This document shows positions 1 through 9,883 of a stretch of 64,000 nt of DNA, piece after piece. The position numbers and the translations under genes are program-made. Position 1 is the first letter of the stretch. The number at the start of each line of letters is the position of its first letter. The notes below the pieces were generated by a model that had not been told where the DNA came from, ran no database searches, and was given only the letters and a program-made list of their open reading frames with translations. The DNA is from Corallococcus sp. AS-1-6. Lineage in GTDB: Bacteria; Myxococcota; Myxococcia; Myxococcales; Myxococcaceae. The stretch covers positions 51,886-115,885 of the forward strand of contig NZ_JAIQDE010000007.1 of NCBI RefSeq assembly GCF_020037015.1, in the 5' to 3' direction.

Positions 1-2
1 TG

Positions 3-344
3 TTGCTGCTGCAGAACTCCTACAAGCAGGCCTTCTCGTTGCCGGGCGGCGGCCGGCACCGCGGCGAGTCTCCGGAAGAGACGGGCGCCCGGGAGCTGCG
101 CGAGGAGGTGGGGCTGCACGTGCCGGCCTCGAGTCTGCGCGTCGTGTGCGAGCTGCGTCACACGGACGAGTTCAAGCGGGACCTGTGCCACTTCGTCGAG
201 CTGGAGCTCGCCGCGGAGCCCCGGCTCGTGCTCGACCAGCGCGAGGTGGTGTGGGCCCGGTGGCTCGACGTGGAGACCGCGCTGCGCCTGCCGCTCATGC
301 CCGTGGTGCGCGCCTACCTGGAGGATGCCGCGCGGCGGAGGTGA
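3..344 (+). CDS. Nudix hydrolase (5'-truncated at window edge)
   Basis: Perfect Nudix box GX5EX7REUXEEXGU in 'GGRHRGESPEETGARELREEVGL'. The ORF runs into the window start and stops at TGA 342-344. Confidence 0.75.
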   Translation: MLLQNSYKQAFSLPGGGRHRGESPEETGARELREEVGLHVPASSLRVVCELRHTDEFKRDLCHFVELELAAEPRLVLDQREVVWARWLDVETALRLPLMPVVRAYLEDAARRR

Positions 345-523
345 TTCGTGCCCTCTCGCCCGTCCCCCTGGCGTGGAGGCGGCCTCACCCCTGTCTTGCA
401 CCCGCCAGTTCGCCACCCCACCTTTCGGTGATTGGGATTGAACCGGGACGGAGGCGGACCGTGCTTCAGGAAGCCAGGACGACACCTTTGCAGAACGTGG
501 GGCGCGGCGTGTTGGGCTCGTTC

Positions 524-871
524 ATGGTCGGGGCCGGCGCGGGGCATCTCTCCTTCGCGCGCGGACCATTCCAGGCGCAGGTGCCGGACTGGGTGCCCAT
601 GGACAAGGACCTCGTCGTCCTGCTCTCCGGCGTGGTGGAGATCGGCCTCGGGCTGTCGCTGCTCTTCGACAAGCGCCACCGGGTTCCCCTGGGGCTGAGA
701 CTGGCGGCCTTCTTCGCGGCGGTCTTCCCCGGCAACCTGCATCAGTACGACAAGCGCCTCTCCGCGTTCGGTCTGGATACGGACCGCAAGCGCCTGGCGC
801 GGCTGTTCTTCCAGCCCGTGCTGATGGCCTGGGCGCTCTGGTCCACCGGTGCCCGGAAGGCGTTGCGGTAA
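524..871 (+). CDS. small integral membrane protein (DoxX-like?)
   Basis: ATG at 524 inside the longer GTG-initiated ORF 146..871. Hydrophobic stretches (VVLLSGVVEIGLGLSLLF, LRLAAFFAAVF, PVLMAWALW) and high GC3. The upstream part of the ORF is Arg/Pro-rich and probably not coding. Confidence 0.4.
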   Translation: MVGAGAGHLSFARGPFQAQVPDWVPMDKDLVVLLSGVVEIGLGLSLLFDKRHRVPLGLRLAAFFAAVFPGNLHQYDKRLSAFGLDTDRKRLARLFFQPVLMAWALWSTGARKALR

Positions 872-898
872 AGACAGACGCTCGCGGAGGACGGCGGA

Positions 899-1795
899 CT
901 ACTTCGCTTCGCCCATGACTTCCATGGTGTGCTTGAGCCGCTCCAGGCCCAGGCGCACCAGCGCGCCGCGCAGGTCGGGCTGGCCCAGGAAGGCCTTCCT
1001 GAACACCTCGCGCTCCAGCTTGAGCAGCGTGCAGGGCGTCACGGTGCGCACGGTGGCGGTGGCCAGCCGGCTGCGCAGCAGGGAGATCTCCCCGAACAGG
1101 GCGCCTTCCTCCAGCTTGGGATAGGCGGACTGGCGGCCGTCGCTGTGCGTGTGGAAGACCTCGCACTGGCCCCGGATGAGGACGTAGAGCGCGTCCCCTG
1201 GCTGGCCTCGGGTGAGCAGCGTCTCACCGGCGGGGACGGTGCAGGGGACGAACGAGTCTCCCAGCTCGTGCTGCACCTCCGGGGGCAGGGCGGCGATGAG
1301 CGGGTTGCTGCGCAGCGCGTCCGCGAGCAGGCGCTCCCGGGCGGCGACCTGCATCTGTTCGCCCTTCACGCCGTAGTCCTTGCCCAGCTCCCGGACGCCG
1401 GCCTGGGTGAGCTCCAGCAGCACGGCGTCCTCCACCGTCACGATGGTCGCGGTGCGCTGCGTGCCGGTGAGCAGCGCCAGCTCCCCGAAGAACTCGCCGG
1501 CCCCCAGGCGGCCGACCTCCGTGTTGCCGCCGGGTTCGCCGCCGCGAAGCACCGCGACGCGGCCCTCCAGCACCACGAACATGGAGTGTCCCGGGTCGCC
1601 CTCGCGCACCACCACCTGGCCCGCGGGCAGGTAGCGTGTGCAGACGGGCGGCGGCGCGGGGGCGCCTTCCGCCTCCGCCTGGGCGCCGGTCGCCACCGGG
1701 TGCGCCGAGGAGGCCGCGGGCGACTGTCCGGCCGCCGGAGCCGGGGCGGACGGGTGGGCGGACAGCAGGGCCTGCAGGCGCGCGAACAGGGACAT
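899..1795 (-). CDS. tandem cyclic-nucleotide-binding (cNMP/CAP effector) domain protein
   Basis: Two CAP-type cNMP-binding signatures: 'GEFFGELALLTGTQRTATIVTVEDAVLLEL' and 'GALFGEISLLRSRLATATVRTVTPCTLLKLERE'. Confidence 0.8.
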   Translation of the reverse strand: MSLFARLQALLSAHPSAPAPAAGQSPAASSAHPVATGAQAEAEGAPAPPPVCTRYLPAGQVVVREGDPGHSMFVVLEGRVAVLRGGEPGGNTEVGRLGAGEFFGELALLTGTQRTATIVTVEDAVLLELTQAGVRELGKDYGVKGEQMQVAARERLLADALRSNPLIAALPPEVQHELGDSFVPCTVPAGETLLTRGQPGDALYVLIRGQCEVFHTHSDGRQSAYPKLEEGALFGEISLLRSRLATATVRTVTPCTLLKLEREVFRKAFLGQPDLRGALVRLGLERLKHTMEVMGEAK

Positions 1796-2008
1796 GGTGC
1801 GCGAATGCTACCGGCCCGTCCTCGCGGAAACTGTGAAGCGCTTCACAGGCGGCGTGGAGGCGGCCTGAAAGACAGCCAGGCGGCCAGGAGGAGTCATTGA
1901 ACAGGGATTGACGGACGTTCGCCACGTCTGTGTTCATCCCACCCGCCACGGCGGGGTGGACGCCGGGGATGGCGTGGCCGGACCGGTACGCCCTACAGTC
2001 CCGGGCCC

Positions 2009-3004
2009 ATGGGAGACACGCTGGACGTCGTGGTGGACCTGGGGGACGTGGGAGAGACGGCCGCGGACGCCGTGCTGCTGAAGTACGCGCAGGGCTTCCA
2101 CGGGGCGGACGGCGCGGTGGCGCGCCGGCTGGAGGCAGCGGGCGTGGCCATGGACGCCTTCGACCTGCTCCCGGGGGACCACCGCTTCATCGAGTCGCGC
2201 CGGACTCTGGGCGCCCCGTGGGTGCTCTTCCTGGGCACGGTGCGCCTGAGACAGTTCGGCTACCACGAGATCCGCCAGTTCGCCGTGCGCGCGCTCCAAC
2301 TGCTGGAGCCACGGCATGAGGTGCGTCACCTCGCGTGCACGGTGCACGGTCCCAACTACGGGCTGGACGAGGACGAGGCCGTGCTGGCCCTGGTGGGTGG
2401 TTTCGTGGACGCGTTCCAGCGGGGCAGCGGCCCTCGCGACCTGGAGCGCATCACGGTGGTGGAGCTGAACCCCAAGCGGGTGGAGCGGCTGCGAAAGGCA
2501 TTGGCGCTGGGGCTGGGGCTCACGCCGGGAGTGGAGCCGCTGATGGGGGCCACGGGCTTCCGCGTGCGGCGGACGTCGCGCTTCGTCCAGGCGCCGTCCA
2601 TGGCTTCCGCGGGCGCGAACTCCCAAGAGAAGCCCCATGCGTTCGTGGCGATGCCCTTCGCGCAGGAGCTGGAGGACACCTACCACTACGGCATCCTTCA
2701 CCCCGTGAAGGCGGCGGGGCTCCTGTGCGAGCGGGTGGACCAGGCCGTCTTCGACGGGCCCATCATCCAGCGCATCCGGGACCGCATCGACACCGCGAAG
2801 GTCGTCATCGCGGACCTGTCGCTGGCGAACCCCAATGTCTATCTGGAGGTGGGCTATGCCTGGGGACGCGGCAAGCCCACCCTGATGCTGGTGCGCGACG
2901 TGAAGGAATTGCGCTTCGACGTGTCCAGCTACCGGTGCCTCGTCTACCGGAACATCCGGCACCTGGAGGAGCTGCTCACGCAGGAGTTGAAGCGCATCCC
3001 CTGA
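2009..3004 (+). CDS. two-domain protein: N-terminal macro-like domain + C-terminal TIR-like / nucleoside 2-deoxyribosyltransferase-like domain
   Basis: N-term 'VVVDLGDVGETAADAVLLKYAQGFHGADGAVARRLEAAG' resembles the macro-domain motif GDIT..DAIVNAAN..LGGGGVDGAIHRAAG. C-term 'AFVAMPFAQELEDTYHYGI...VVIADLSLANPNVYLEVGYAWGRGKPTLML' matches the FxAMPF ... E.GyA.gxGKP signature of the NDT/TIR-like fold. GC3 bias is good. Confidence 0.5.
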   Translation: MGDTLDVVVDLGDVGETAADAVLLKYAQGFHGADGAVARRLEAAGVAMDAFDLLPGDHRFIESRRTLGAPWVLFLGTVRLRQFGYHEIRQFAVRALQLLEPRHEVRHLACTVHGPNYGLDEDEAVLALVGGFVDAFQRGSGPRDLERITVVELNPKRVERLRKALALGLGLTPGVEPLMGATGFRVRRTSRFVQAPSMASAGANSQEKPHAFVAMPFAQELEDTYHYGILHPVKAAGLLCERVDQAVFDGPIIQRIRDRIDTAKVVIADLSLANPNVYLEVGYAWGRGKPTLMLVRDVKELRFDVSSYRCLVYRNIRHLEELLTQELKRIP

Positions 3005-3017
3005 GCGTGTGGCGCGG

Positions 3018-4187
3018 TCAGTAGGGGGCGCAGGTGACGCCCTCGCAGTTGCCGGCGCCGTTGTTCCGCGCGACGTTGCCGCCCCCGTCGAAGGCGGTAG
3101 GCGCGTGGATGCCCCAGCCCGTGTTGCCCAGGGCCACGTTGCCCAGCACCGTGGGCGTACTGGCCGGGAGGACGCGGAGGCCGTCACCGTTGTTCCGGAG
3201 GAACCGGTTGGCGCGGACGATGCCGGTCTGCGGGAGGCTGACGATGGGCGTGTCTTCCAGGGTCAGCCCGCCCGCATTGTCCCAGAAGGTGTTGCCCTGG
3301 ATGTAGACCTGGAATGAGCCGGCTGTCAGCCCATTGTCATTGCCCACGATCCAGTTGTTGATCATGTCGAGCTGGACCACGTTCCAGATGGGCGTCTCCG
3401 TGGGAGCGAACGACGCGTTGTTCGCGATGAGCGTGTTCTCGAAGCGGAACCGTTCGCAGATATCCCGGCCCCCGATGGGCACGGTCGTGGAAGCGACGGC
3501 GTCATTCCGCGCGAAGACGCTCGACCGGACGCGGGCACTGCCGGCGAAGCAGTAGATGCCGACTTTGTTCCCCGTGAAGGTTGAATCGAGGACGTCGGCC
3601 GCATGGGTATCCAGGTAGATGCCGAGGCGGTTGTTCTCGAAGTGGCTCGACCTCACGTCGAACGAACCGAGGGATGCGTCGATCTCGCTTCCGAGCCCGA
3701 CGTCATTGCCGATGAACCGCGAATTCGTGACGAGGAAGGAGGTGGTGGAGAAGAAGTTGTAGATGGCGGTGCCGTTGACCGCGAACGTGAGCTTGTGCAC
3801 CCGCAGGGAGTCGACTCCCTCGGTCTGGATGCCTCTTGCGAACCCGCGAATCGTGCCGTTGCGCACCATGCTGGTGCCGGTGACCACGATGCCCAGGGTG
3901 TCTTGCCGGACCGGACTCGAGCGGCGCACGGTGTGGCCACCCAGGTCGAGGACGATGCCATCCCCTTCGATGCGGAGTGCGGGCTCGTCCGTGCCCGGGC
4001 AGGAGAGGTCATGCGTGAGCTTCGTGTGCTGGGTGATGACGTCGCCACACTGGACGTCGCATTCGACCGGCTTCGCTTGCTGGAGCCGGGCGTCGAGCGC
4101 CTCCCTGTCCGACGCGAGCGCCGCGGGTGCTCCCAGGAACAATGCGCCGATGGCCGCCGTGACAGAAAAGCCCTTTGCCTTATGCAT
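3018..4187 (-). CDS. secreted right-handed parallel beta-helix repeat protein
   Basis: N-terminal signal peptide MHKAKGFSVTAAIGALFLGAPAALA. Repeated short N/G/T-rich beta-helix-like segments (e.g. FIGNDVGLG, FTGNKVGIY, IVGNDNGL, VLGNVALGNTGWGI). Confidence 0.6.
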   Translation of the reverse strand: MHKAKGFSVTAAIGALFLGAPAALASDREALDARLQQAKPVECDVQCGDVITQHTKLTHDLSCPGTDEPALRIEGDGIVLDLGGHTVRRSSPVRQDTLGIVVTGTSMVRNGTIRGFARGIQTEGVDSLRVHKLTFAVNGTAIYNFFSTTSFLVTNSRFIGNDVGLGSEIDASLGSFDVRSSHFENNRLGIYLDTHAADVLDSTFTGNKVGIYCFAGSARVRSSVFARNDAVASTTVPIGGRDICERFRFENTLIANNASFAPTETPIWNVVQLDMINNWIVGNDNGLTAGSFQVYIQGNTFWDNAGGLTLEDTPIVSLPQTGIVRANRFLRNNGDGLRVLPASTPTVLGNVALGNTGWGIHAPTAFDGGGNVARNNGAGNCEGVTCAPY

Positions 4188-4324
4188 GCCGCCTCCCCGC
4201 CGGAAGTCGTTCCGGCGACCGGCGAAATGCTAGACATGGCACCGTCAGCGGCATCCCCTCTGCCAGTGGCAGCGCGCGGACCAGTGGATGACAACCTGGC
4301 TGCACGCTGGGGCGGTACGGCCTG

Positions 4325-5419
4325 TCACCAGCCCCGCGCTGTGACCTCCCATGTCGCCACCTGCGTGTCACCCCGCACGACGTGCAGTCGCGGATGCTGG
4401 GGGACGGAAACACAGACATGGTTGGGCACCACACGCACCCGCTCGCCGATGCGCGGGCGCCACGTCGTGCCGGACACGTCCAAGAGGCCGTGCTCCTCCG
4501 ACAGGTTCTTCACCACGACCTCCGGCCGGTCCAGCACGACGCCATAGCCCGGCGCCAGCCCTTCCTCCTTCACCAGCGCCTTGGCTCCCGCGTCGATGAC
4601 CACCTGGCCCGGCACGGCCGTGCTCACGACGGTGGCCAGTACGGAGTAGGCGCACTCCGTCCAATCACACGCGCCGATGACCGCGGCGTTGCGGTCGTTC
4701 AGCGCGTTGAGGCCGGGGCGGATCTCCGTGAGGCCCTTCACCGTATGGGATTGCCAGAGCGTCGGCGTGGAGCCGCCACTGACCACCTCCGGCGGCAGAC
4801 CCGCGGCCTTCAACGCGTCCACGAACGTCGTGACCGCATCGGACTGCGCCTGCATCACGGCGGGCAGCTCCGCCTGCGGGACGCGGATGTGGCCCGCGTA
4901 GAAGGTCAGCCCGCGAAACGCAACCCCAGACATGGACGCCGCCGCGCGCGCCAGGGCCAAGGCTTCATCCGGCGTGCGCAGCCCCACGCGGCGCATGCCC
5001 AGGTCCACCTCCACGAGCACGCCCACGGTGCGCCCGGCATCCCGCGCCGCTCGCGCCAGCCCCTCCAGCACTTCAAGGGAGTCGAGCGCCACGGTGAGCC
5101 TCATGCGCGAGGGCAGGGCCATCAGCCGCGCCAGCTTGCGCGCGCCCACCGGCGGATACGCGAGCAACACGTCGTCGGACACGGACGCCATGACCTCGGC
5201 TTCCAGGAGGGTGGCCACCGTGACGCCGGAGGCTCCCGCCGCGACCTGCATCGCGCCCAGCTCCGCCGTCTTGTGCGTCTTCGTGTGGGGACGCCAGCGC
5301 AGGCCGTGCTCGCGCGCATAGGTCGCGACGCGCTGGAGGTTCCGCTCCACGCGGTCCAGGTCCACGATGGCGGCGGGCGTGTCGAGGGAGTCGAAGAGGG
5401 GCGAGGACATACGGCGCAT
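4325..5419 (-). CDS. PLP-dependent alanine-racemase-domain enzyme (D-serine dehydratase / D-threonine aldolase-like)
   Basis: N-term 'AAIVDLDRVERNLQRVATYAREHGLRWRPHTKTHKTAELGA' is typical of the alanine racemase N-terminal (PLP-lysine) domain of the DSD1/D-TA family. Confidence 0.7.
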   Translation of the reverse strand: MRRMSSPLFDSLDTPAAIVDLDRVERNLQRVATYAREHGLRWRPHTKTHKTAELGAMQVAAGASGVTVATLLEAEVMASVSDDVLLAYPPVGARKLARLMALPSRMRLTVALDSLEVLEGLARAARDAGRTVGVLVEVDLGMRRVGLRTPDEALALARAAASMSGVAFRGLTFYAGHIRVPQAELPAVMQAQSDAVTTFVDALKAAGLPPEVVSGGSTPTLWQSHTVKGLTEIRPGLNALNDRNAAVIGACDWTECAYSVLATVVSTAVPGQVVIDAGAKALVKEEGLAPGYGVVLDRPEVVVKNLSEEHGLLDVSGTTWRPRIGERVRVVPNHVCVSVPQHPRLHVVRGDTQVATWEVTARGW

Positions 5420-5475
5420 GCTGGCACTGCGCTCCTCGCCCCGTCATCCGAATCGCCGGCCTTGCGTTCGCGGGG

Positions 5476-5898
5476 CTACGCCGCCGGTTCGAAGCTCACC
5501 GTGGGCCGCTGCCAGCTCCAGCCGCCGCCCTTCAACGCTTCCGTCGCCTGCGCATCCAGCACGCGCAGCGCAGCGAGCACGTCCGCGGGCGGGCGGGGCG
5601 CTCCCGGCGCGCTCTCCACCTCGAAGCGCGGGGGGATGCCGGCGGCGTCACGGCCGCCCATCACCACGCGGATGCGGCAGTTCTGCGGGGACAGCTCCGT
5701 CTCCCCGGACCAGGACACGTCCTGGACGAAGAGGTCCACCGCGCCCGGGGCCTTCTGCCCGCGCAGCCGCGTCACCACCGCGTCCAGCGACCCCTTCGCG
5801 CGCGCGTTCCGCTTCTTGCCAAGGCGGGTGAGCGACCACCAGACCAGGCCGCCCGCGACGATGGGCGACAGAACGAAGTAGGGGATGAGCGGGCTCAT
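5476..5898 (-). CDS. hypothetical membrane-anchored protein
   Basis: ORF with an N-terminal hydrophobic segment MSPLIPYFVLSPIVAGGLVWWSL. No recognisable domain. Confidence 0.3.
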   Translation of the reverse strand: MSPLIPYFVLSPIVAGGLVWWSLTRLGKKRNARAKGSLDAVVTRLRGQKAPGAVDLFVQDVSWSGETELSPQNCRIRVVMGGRDAAGIPPRFEVESAPGAPRPPADVLAALRVLDAQATEALKGGGWSWQRPTVSFEPAA

Positions 5899-5986
5899 GG
5901 GGCGGCAGGCTGCCACGAAACGCGGAAGAAGAAACGCCCGTCTCCAGGCCTCGGGGCTCCGGAGACGGGCGTGAAGAGAAGCACGG

Positions 5987-8167
5987 CTACTGCGGCGAGG
6001 GCGCGGAGACCTTCTTCGTCGCGTTGGGCTTGTACGTCATGCCCAGCTCGTTGAAGACGAAGGAGTAGACGTCCACCTCCTCCTCGATGCGCGCGGACAG
6101 CGGCGTGCCCATGCCGTGGCCCGTCTCCGCGTTGGCGCGCAGCAGGATGGGCTTGGGGGACGCCGACGCCGCCTGCATCCGGGCCACCATCTTGCGCGAG
6201 TGGAACGGATCCACGCGCGGGTCATTGGCCCCGGAGGTGAAGAGCACCGGCGGGTACTTCGTCCCGTCCTTCACGCGGTGCACCGGCGAATAGCCATACA
6301 GCGCCTTGAACTGCTCCGGGTCCTTCACCGAGCCGTACTCCGTGACGTTGAACTGGCCGTTGGGCGTCAGCTCCGTGCGCAGCATGTCGTAGATGCCCAC
6401 GCGCGCCACCACCGCGCCGTACTGCTCCGGGTGCTGCGTCAGGGCCGCGCCCATCAGCAGGCCGCCGTTGCTGCCGCCCTGGATGGCCAGCTTCTTCGGC
6501 TGCGTGTACTTCTGGGCCACCAGCAGCTTCGCGCACGCGTAGAAGTCGTCGAACACGTTCTGCTTGTTCGTGAGCGAGCCGGCCTTGTGCCACTCCTCGC
6601 CGAACTCGGAACCGCCGCGCAGGTTCGCCACCGCGAACACGCCGCCCTGCTCCAGCCACATGCCCGTCAGCGGGCTGTAGCCCGGGTTGATGGACACGTT
6701 GAAGCCGCCGTAGCCGGTGAGCAGCGTGGGGTTGTTCCCGTTCAGCTTCGTGCCCTTCTTCTTCAGGATGGTGAGCGGCACCTTGGTGCCGTCCTTCGAA
6801 GTGGCCTCCGTGCGCACCACCTCCACGTCGCTCATGTCGATGGGCGCCGTGCGCGCCAGCGCCGTCTTCGTGAGCTTGTTGTCCGCCGCCGAGTAGCGGA
6901 ACCACGCGGCCGGCTGGGTGAAGCTCCCGTTGACGATGAGCAGGTCGTCCGCGCCCTGGCGCACCAGGCCGCCCACCGCCGACACCGGCAGCGTGGGCAC
7001 CAGCCCCAGCTCCTTGCCCGTCAGGTCCACCATGCGCAACTGCGAGGGGCCCCCCAACTGCTCCAGCAGGTACAGGCGGCTCTTCGTCGGCACCACGGCC
7101 TGCACCGTCGCCTTGCCCTCGGGGACGACCACGGTCGCCTTGTCCAGCGTGGGCGTGGCCAGCGGCAGGCGCAGCACCTTGCCGCGCGACGCGTCCTTGC
7201 GGCTGAGCAGGTACGCCGCGCCGTCGCTGCCGAAGCGCGCCGCCACCACCTTGTCCGCGTACTTCGCCACCTGCGTCCACGTGCCCTTGGGGCCGTGCAG
7301 GTACAGGTCGAACTCGCCGCCGTCGCCGTTGGCCACGCGCGCGAAGGTGTACTGACCGTCGTCGCTGGACTCCAGGTCCGTCATCGCGATGCGCGGGAAG
7401 TCCTTGCCCAGCGCGTACGTGTCCTTCTCCGTGGGCGTGCCCAGCGCGTGGAAGTACACCTGCTGGTACACCTCGCGGTCCACCGGTGGGCGCTCCTCGC
7501 CGCGCGGATAGCGCGTGTAGAAGAAGCCCGTGCCCTGCGCGTTCCACGCCAGGCTGCCGCCCGCCGTGCCGCCGTTGACGCGGGGGACCAGCTCGTTGGG
7601 CATCGCCTTCGCGGACGCCACGTCCCACACCGTCACGTCACCGCTCTCCGTGCCGCCCTTGGACATGGACACGGCGACCTTCTTGCCGTCGTGCGACAAC
7701 TGGAACCAGTCGATGGTCGTCTTGCCGGACGTGTCCACGACCGTGGGGTCCACCAGCACGCGCTCCTTCGACGTGTCGTCCAGCGAACCCACCACGATGA
7801 GCGTGGGCTGCTGCTTGGGCGGCTGGAACTTCAGCCCCAGGAGCGTGCCGCCCTGTTCGTCCAGGCCGCCGTAGGAGGGCGACTTCCAGGACAGGAGCTC
7901 CGTGATGCGCTGGCGCAGGGGCTCGCGGCCCGGGAGCTTGTCCAGGTACGCGCGCGTGAACGCGTTCTGCGCGTCGGTCCACTGCTGCACCTGGGGGTCG
8001 GTCGCGGACTCCATCCACTGGTACGGGTCCGTCACGGTGGTGCCGTGGTAGGTGGCCTCCACGGGCTTCTTCTCCGCGGCGGCGGGCTTCGCGGGCGCCT
8101 TGCCCGCCGCTCCGGACACGAGCGGCAACAGCAGCGCGGCGGTCGTCACTGCGATTCTGGACTTCAT
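5987..8167 (-). CDS. prolyl oligopeptidase (S9A family serine peptidase), secreted
   Basis: Signal peptide MKSRIAVTTAALLLPLVSGAAG. Active-site serine motif 'GGSNGGLL'. The long N-terminal beta-propeller plus C-terminal alpha/beta hydrolase layout is typical of prolyl endopeptidases. Confidence 0.9.
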   Translation of the reverse strand: MKSRIAVTTAALLLPLVSGAAGKAPAKPAAAEKKPVEATYHGTTVTDPYQWMESATDPQVQQWTDAQNAFTRAYLDKLPGREPLRQRITELLSWKSPSYGGLDEQGGTLLGLKFQPPKQQPTLIVVGSLDDTSKERVLVDPTVVDTSGKTTIDWFQLSHDGKKVAVSMSKGGTESGDVTVWDVASAKAMPNELVPRVNGGTAGGSLAWNAQGTGFFYTRYPRGEERPPVDREVYQQVYFHALGTPTEKDTYALGKDFPRIAMTDLESSDDGQYTFARVANGDGGEFDLYLHGPKGTWTQVAKYADKVVAARFGSDGAAYLLSRKDASRGKVLRLPLATPTLDKATVVVPEGKATVQAVVPTKSRLYLLEQLGGPSQLRMVDLTGKELGLVPTLPVSAVGGLVRQGADDLLIVNGSFTQPAAWFRYSAADNKLTKTALARTAPIDMSDVEVVRTEATSKDGTKVPLTILKKKGTKLNGNNPTLLTGYGGFNVSINPGYSPLTGMWLEQGGVFAVANLRGGSEFGEEWHKAGSLTNKQNVFDDFYACAKLLVAQKYTQPKKLAIQGGSNGGLLMGAALTQHPEQYGAVVARVGIYDMLRTELTPNGQFNVTEYGSVKDPEQFKALYGYSPVHRVKDGTKYPPVLFTSGANDPRVDPFHSRKMVARMQAASASPKPILLRANAETGHGMGTPLSARIEEEVDVYSFVFNELGMTYKPNATKKVSAPSPQ

Positions 8168-8204
8168 GGTTCACCTCGCATGCGGGTGGTTCCCTGCGGG
8201 ACGC

Positions 8205-9692
8205 TCAGCGCAGGGGCAGCTCCACCAGGGCGGTGGAGAAGGTGTCGAAGGTCTCGTTGGCGTTGGGCTTGGTGCCCTCGTCCATGTTGCCGAGCATCAG
8301 CGCGAAGACGACGCGCGGGTGCTCCGTGTCGTTCGGCCGCTCCGCCACGCCCACGAAGCACTTCTGGCCCGTGAGCGTGCCCGTCTTCGCGCGGAGGCGG
8401 CCCGCGGTGGACGCCGTCGTCTTGCGGCCCGCCAGCGTCCCGTCCACGCCCAGCACCGGCAGGCTGTCCACCAGCGCGGCGCCATACGGCTCCTGGAGGC
8501 TGGTGAGCAGCACGCGCGCCATGCCCCGGGGCGTGGCCAGGTTGTAGCGGGACAGGCCGCTGCCATCCACCGGACGCAGGTCCTTGGTGGGCACGCCCCG
8601 GCGCGCCAGCTCCGCCACCAGGGCCGTGCGCAGCGCGGTGTAGCCCTCCTGGCCGGTGCGCTCGCGGGCGAAGCGCATGCCCAGCCGCTCCGCGTACAGG
8701 TTGAGGCTCTCCTTGTTGGTCGCGCGCACCAGCTCCGACAGGGGCGGGCTGATCAGCTCCACCAGCGGTGACGGCATGGGGGGCAGGGGCGGGGTGGGGG
8801 CCTCCAGGGACAGCGGCAGCCGCGTGACTCCGTGCCGCGCCAGCGCGTCGTCCACGCACGCGGCGAAGAGGGCCTCCGGCGCGTCCACGGACAGCTTCAC
8901 GGCGGCGGACTGCGGGCAGGGCCCGCCCGTGGGGGAACGCCACGTGCAGCGCACGCCGCCGCCTCCGCGCACGCAGGCCAGGTTCGCGCGCTCGGCGTTG
9001 ACGTCCACGTTCACCACCGCGGACAGCGTGGCGAAGGCGGGGGTCCACTGCACGGAGGGCGCGTCCGCGCAGGTGGCGCCGGGGGCGCGCGCCAGCGCCA
9101 GGTCCACCACGTTCTCGCGGAAGACGAAGGGCGTGGGCGGCGCGCTGTAGGCGTACGCCGCGTCATCCCAGGCCCAGCCCGGCCCCATGCCGCCGTCCAG
9201 GCCGTCCGTGCCGGAGATGCGCACGTTGCCGCGCCACTGGTGGATGCCGCGCGCCTGGAAGGCCTCCGCGATGCGGTCGCACGCGAGCGCCGTCTCCGGG
9301 AAGCGCCACGAGCCCAGCGACGGGTCCCCGGACGCCTGCGCCACCACGTCGCCCAGGAACAGGCCTCCTGTCTGCGAGCCCTCCAGGAACACCGGCGTCG
9401 TGAAGCGGAAGTCCGCCCCCAGCGCGGACAGCGCGGCGGAGGTGGACACCACCTTCATGGTGGACGCGGGCAGAAGCCGCACGTTCTCGCGGTGGGTGAA
9501 GAGGGGCTCGCCGGTGCGCGCGTCCACCACGTACGCGCCCGCGAGCGCGCCGTCCGCCTCCAGGGTCTCCAGCAGGGCCTTCGTCACCCCGGGCAGGGTG
9601 TCGCGCGGGGCGCCGCCCGGCGTGGCGGGCGTGTGGGTGCAGGCGGACAGGAGGAGGGCAACGACGCTGGCGGGCAGGAGGGCGCGGCGCAT
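8205..9692 (-). CDS. dacB: D-alanyl-D-alanine carboxypeptidase/endopeptidase (PBP4, peptidase S13)
   Basis: SxxK motif 'STMKV' and KTG motif 'KTGTLTG'. Lipoprotein-like signal MRRALLPASVVALLLSAC, with start at the ATG whose reverse complement is at 9690-9692. Confidence 0.85.
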   Translation of the reverse strand: MRRALLPASVVALLLSACTHTPATPGGAPRDTLPGVTKALLETLEADGALAGAYVVDARTGEPLFTHRENVRLLPASTMKVVSTSAALSALGADFRFTTPVFLEGSQTGGLFLGDVVAQASGDPSLGSWRFPETALACDRIAEAFQARGIHQWRGNVRISGTDGLDGGMGPGWAWDDAAYAYSAPPTPFVFRENVVDLALARAPGATCADAPSVQWTPAFATLSAVVNVDVNAERANLACVRGGGGVRCTWRSPTGGPCPQSAAVKLSVDAPEALFAACVDDALARHGVTRLPLSLEAPTPPLPPMPSPLVELISPPLSELVRATNKESLNLYAERLGMRFARERTGQEGYTALRTALVAELARRGVPTKDLRPVDGSGLSRYNLATPRGMARVLLTSLQEPYGAALVDSLPVLGVDGTLAGRKTTASTAGRLRAKTGTLTGQKCFVGVAERPNDTEHPRVVFALMLGNMDEGTKPNANETFDTFSTALVELPLR

Positions 9693-9883
9693 GGCGGCGG
9701 CCACCGTATGTCGCGTGCCAGGGAGTGTCATGGATTCCCGCCAGCGGGGTGGGGCGGAAGAAGTGCACGGTTGGACGGCGCCCGGGCAAACGGCTTCTGG
9801 CGCGGCCTATTCCCGGCGCTTCGCGTCCAGCCACACCGAGTGCCTTGACGCGGCGTCACAGGCCCCCCATCCTGCCGCGCCCC

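Noticed and set aside
146-523. N-terminal 126 codons of ORF 146..871 (GTG start)
   Set aside because: Overlaps the Nudix gene's 3' end and is Arg/Ala/Pro-rich. The membrane-protein signal only begins at the ATG at 524.
1934-3187. 417-aa ORF (-)
   Set aside because: Antisense to the macro/TIR-like gene. Low-complexity Ala/Arg/Pro.
6116-8374. 752-aa ORF (+), 468-aa ORF (-) 6222..7628
   Set aside because: Overlap the prolyl oligopeptidase gene in other frames/antisense. The peptidase frame has the motifs and a signal peptide.
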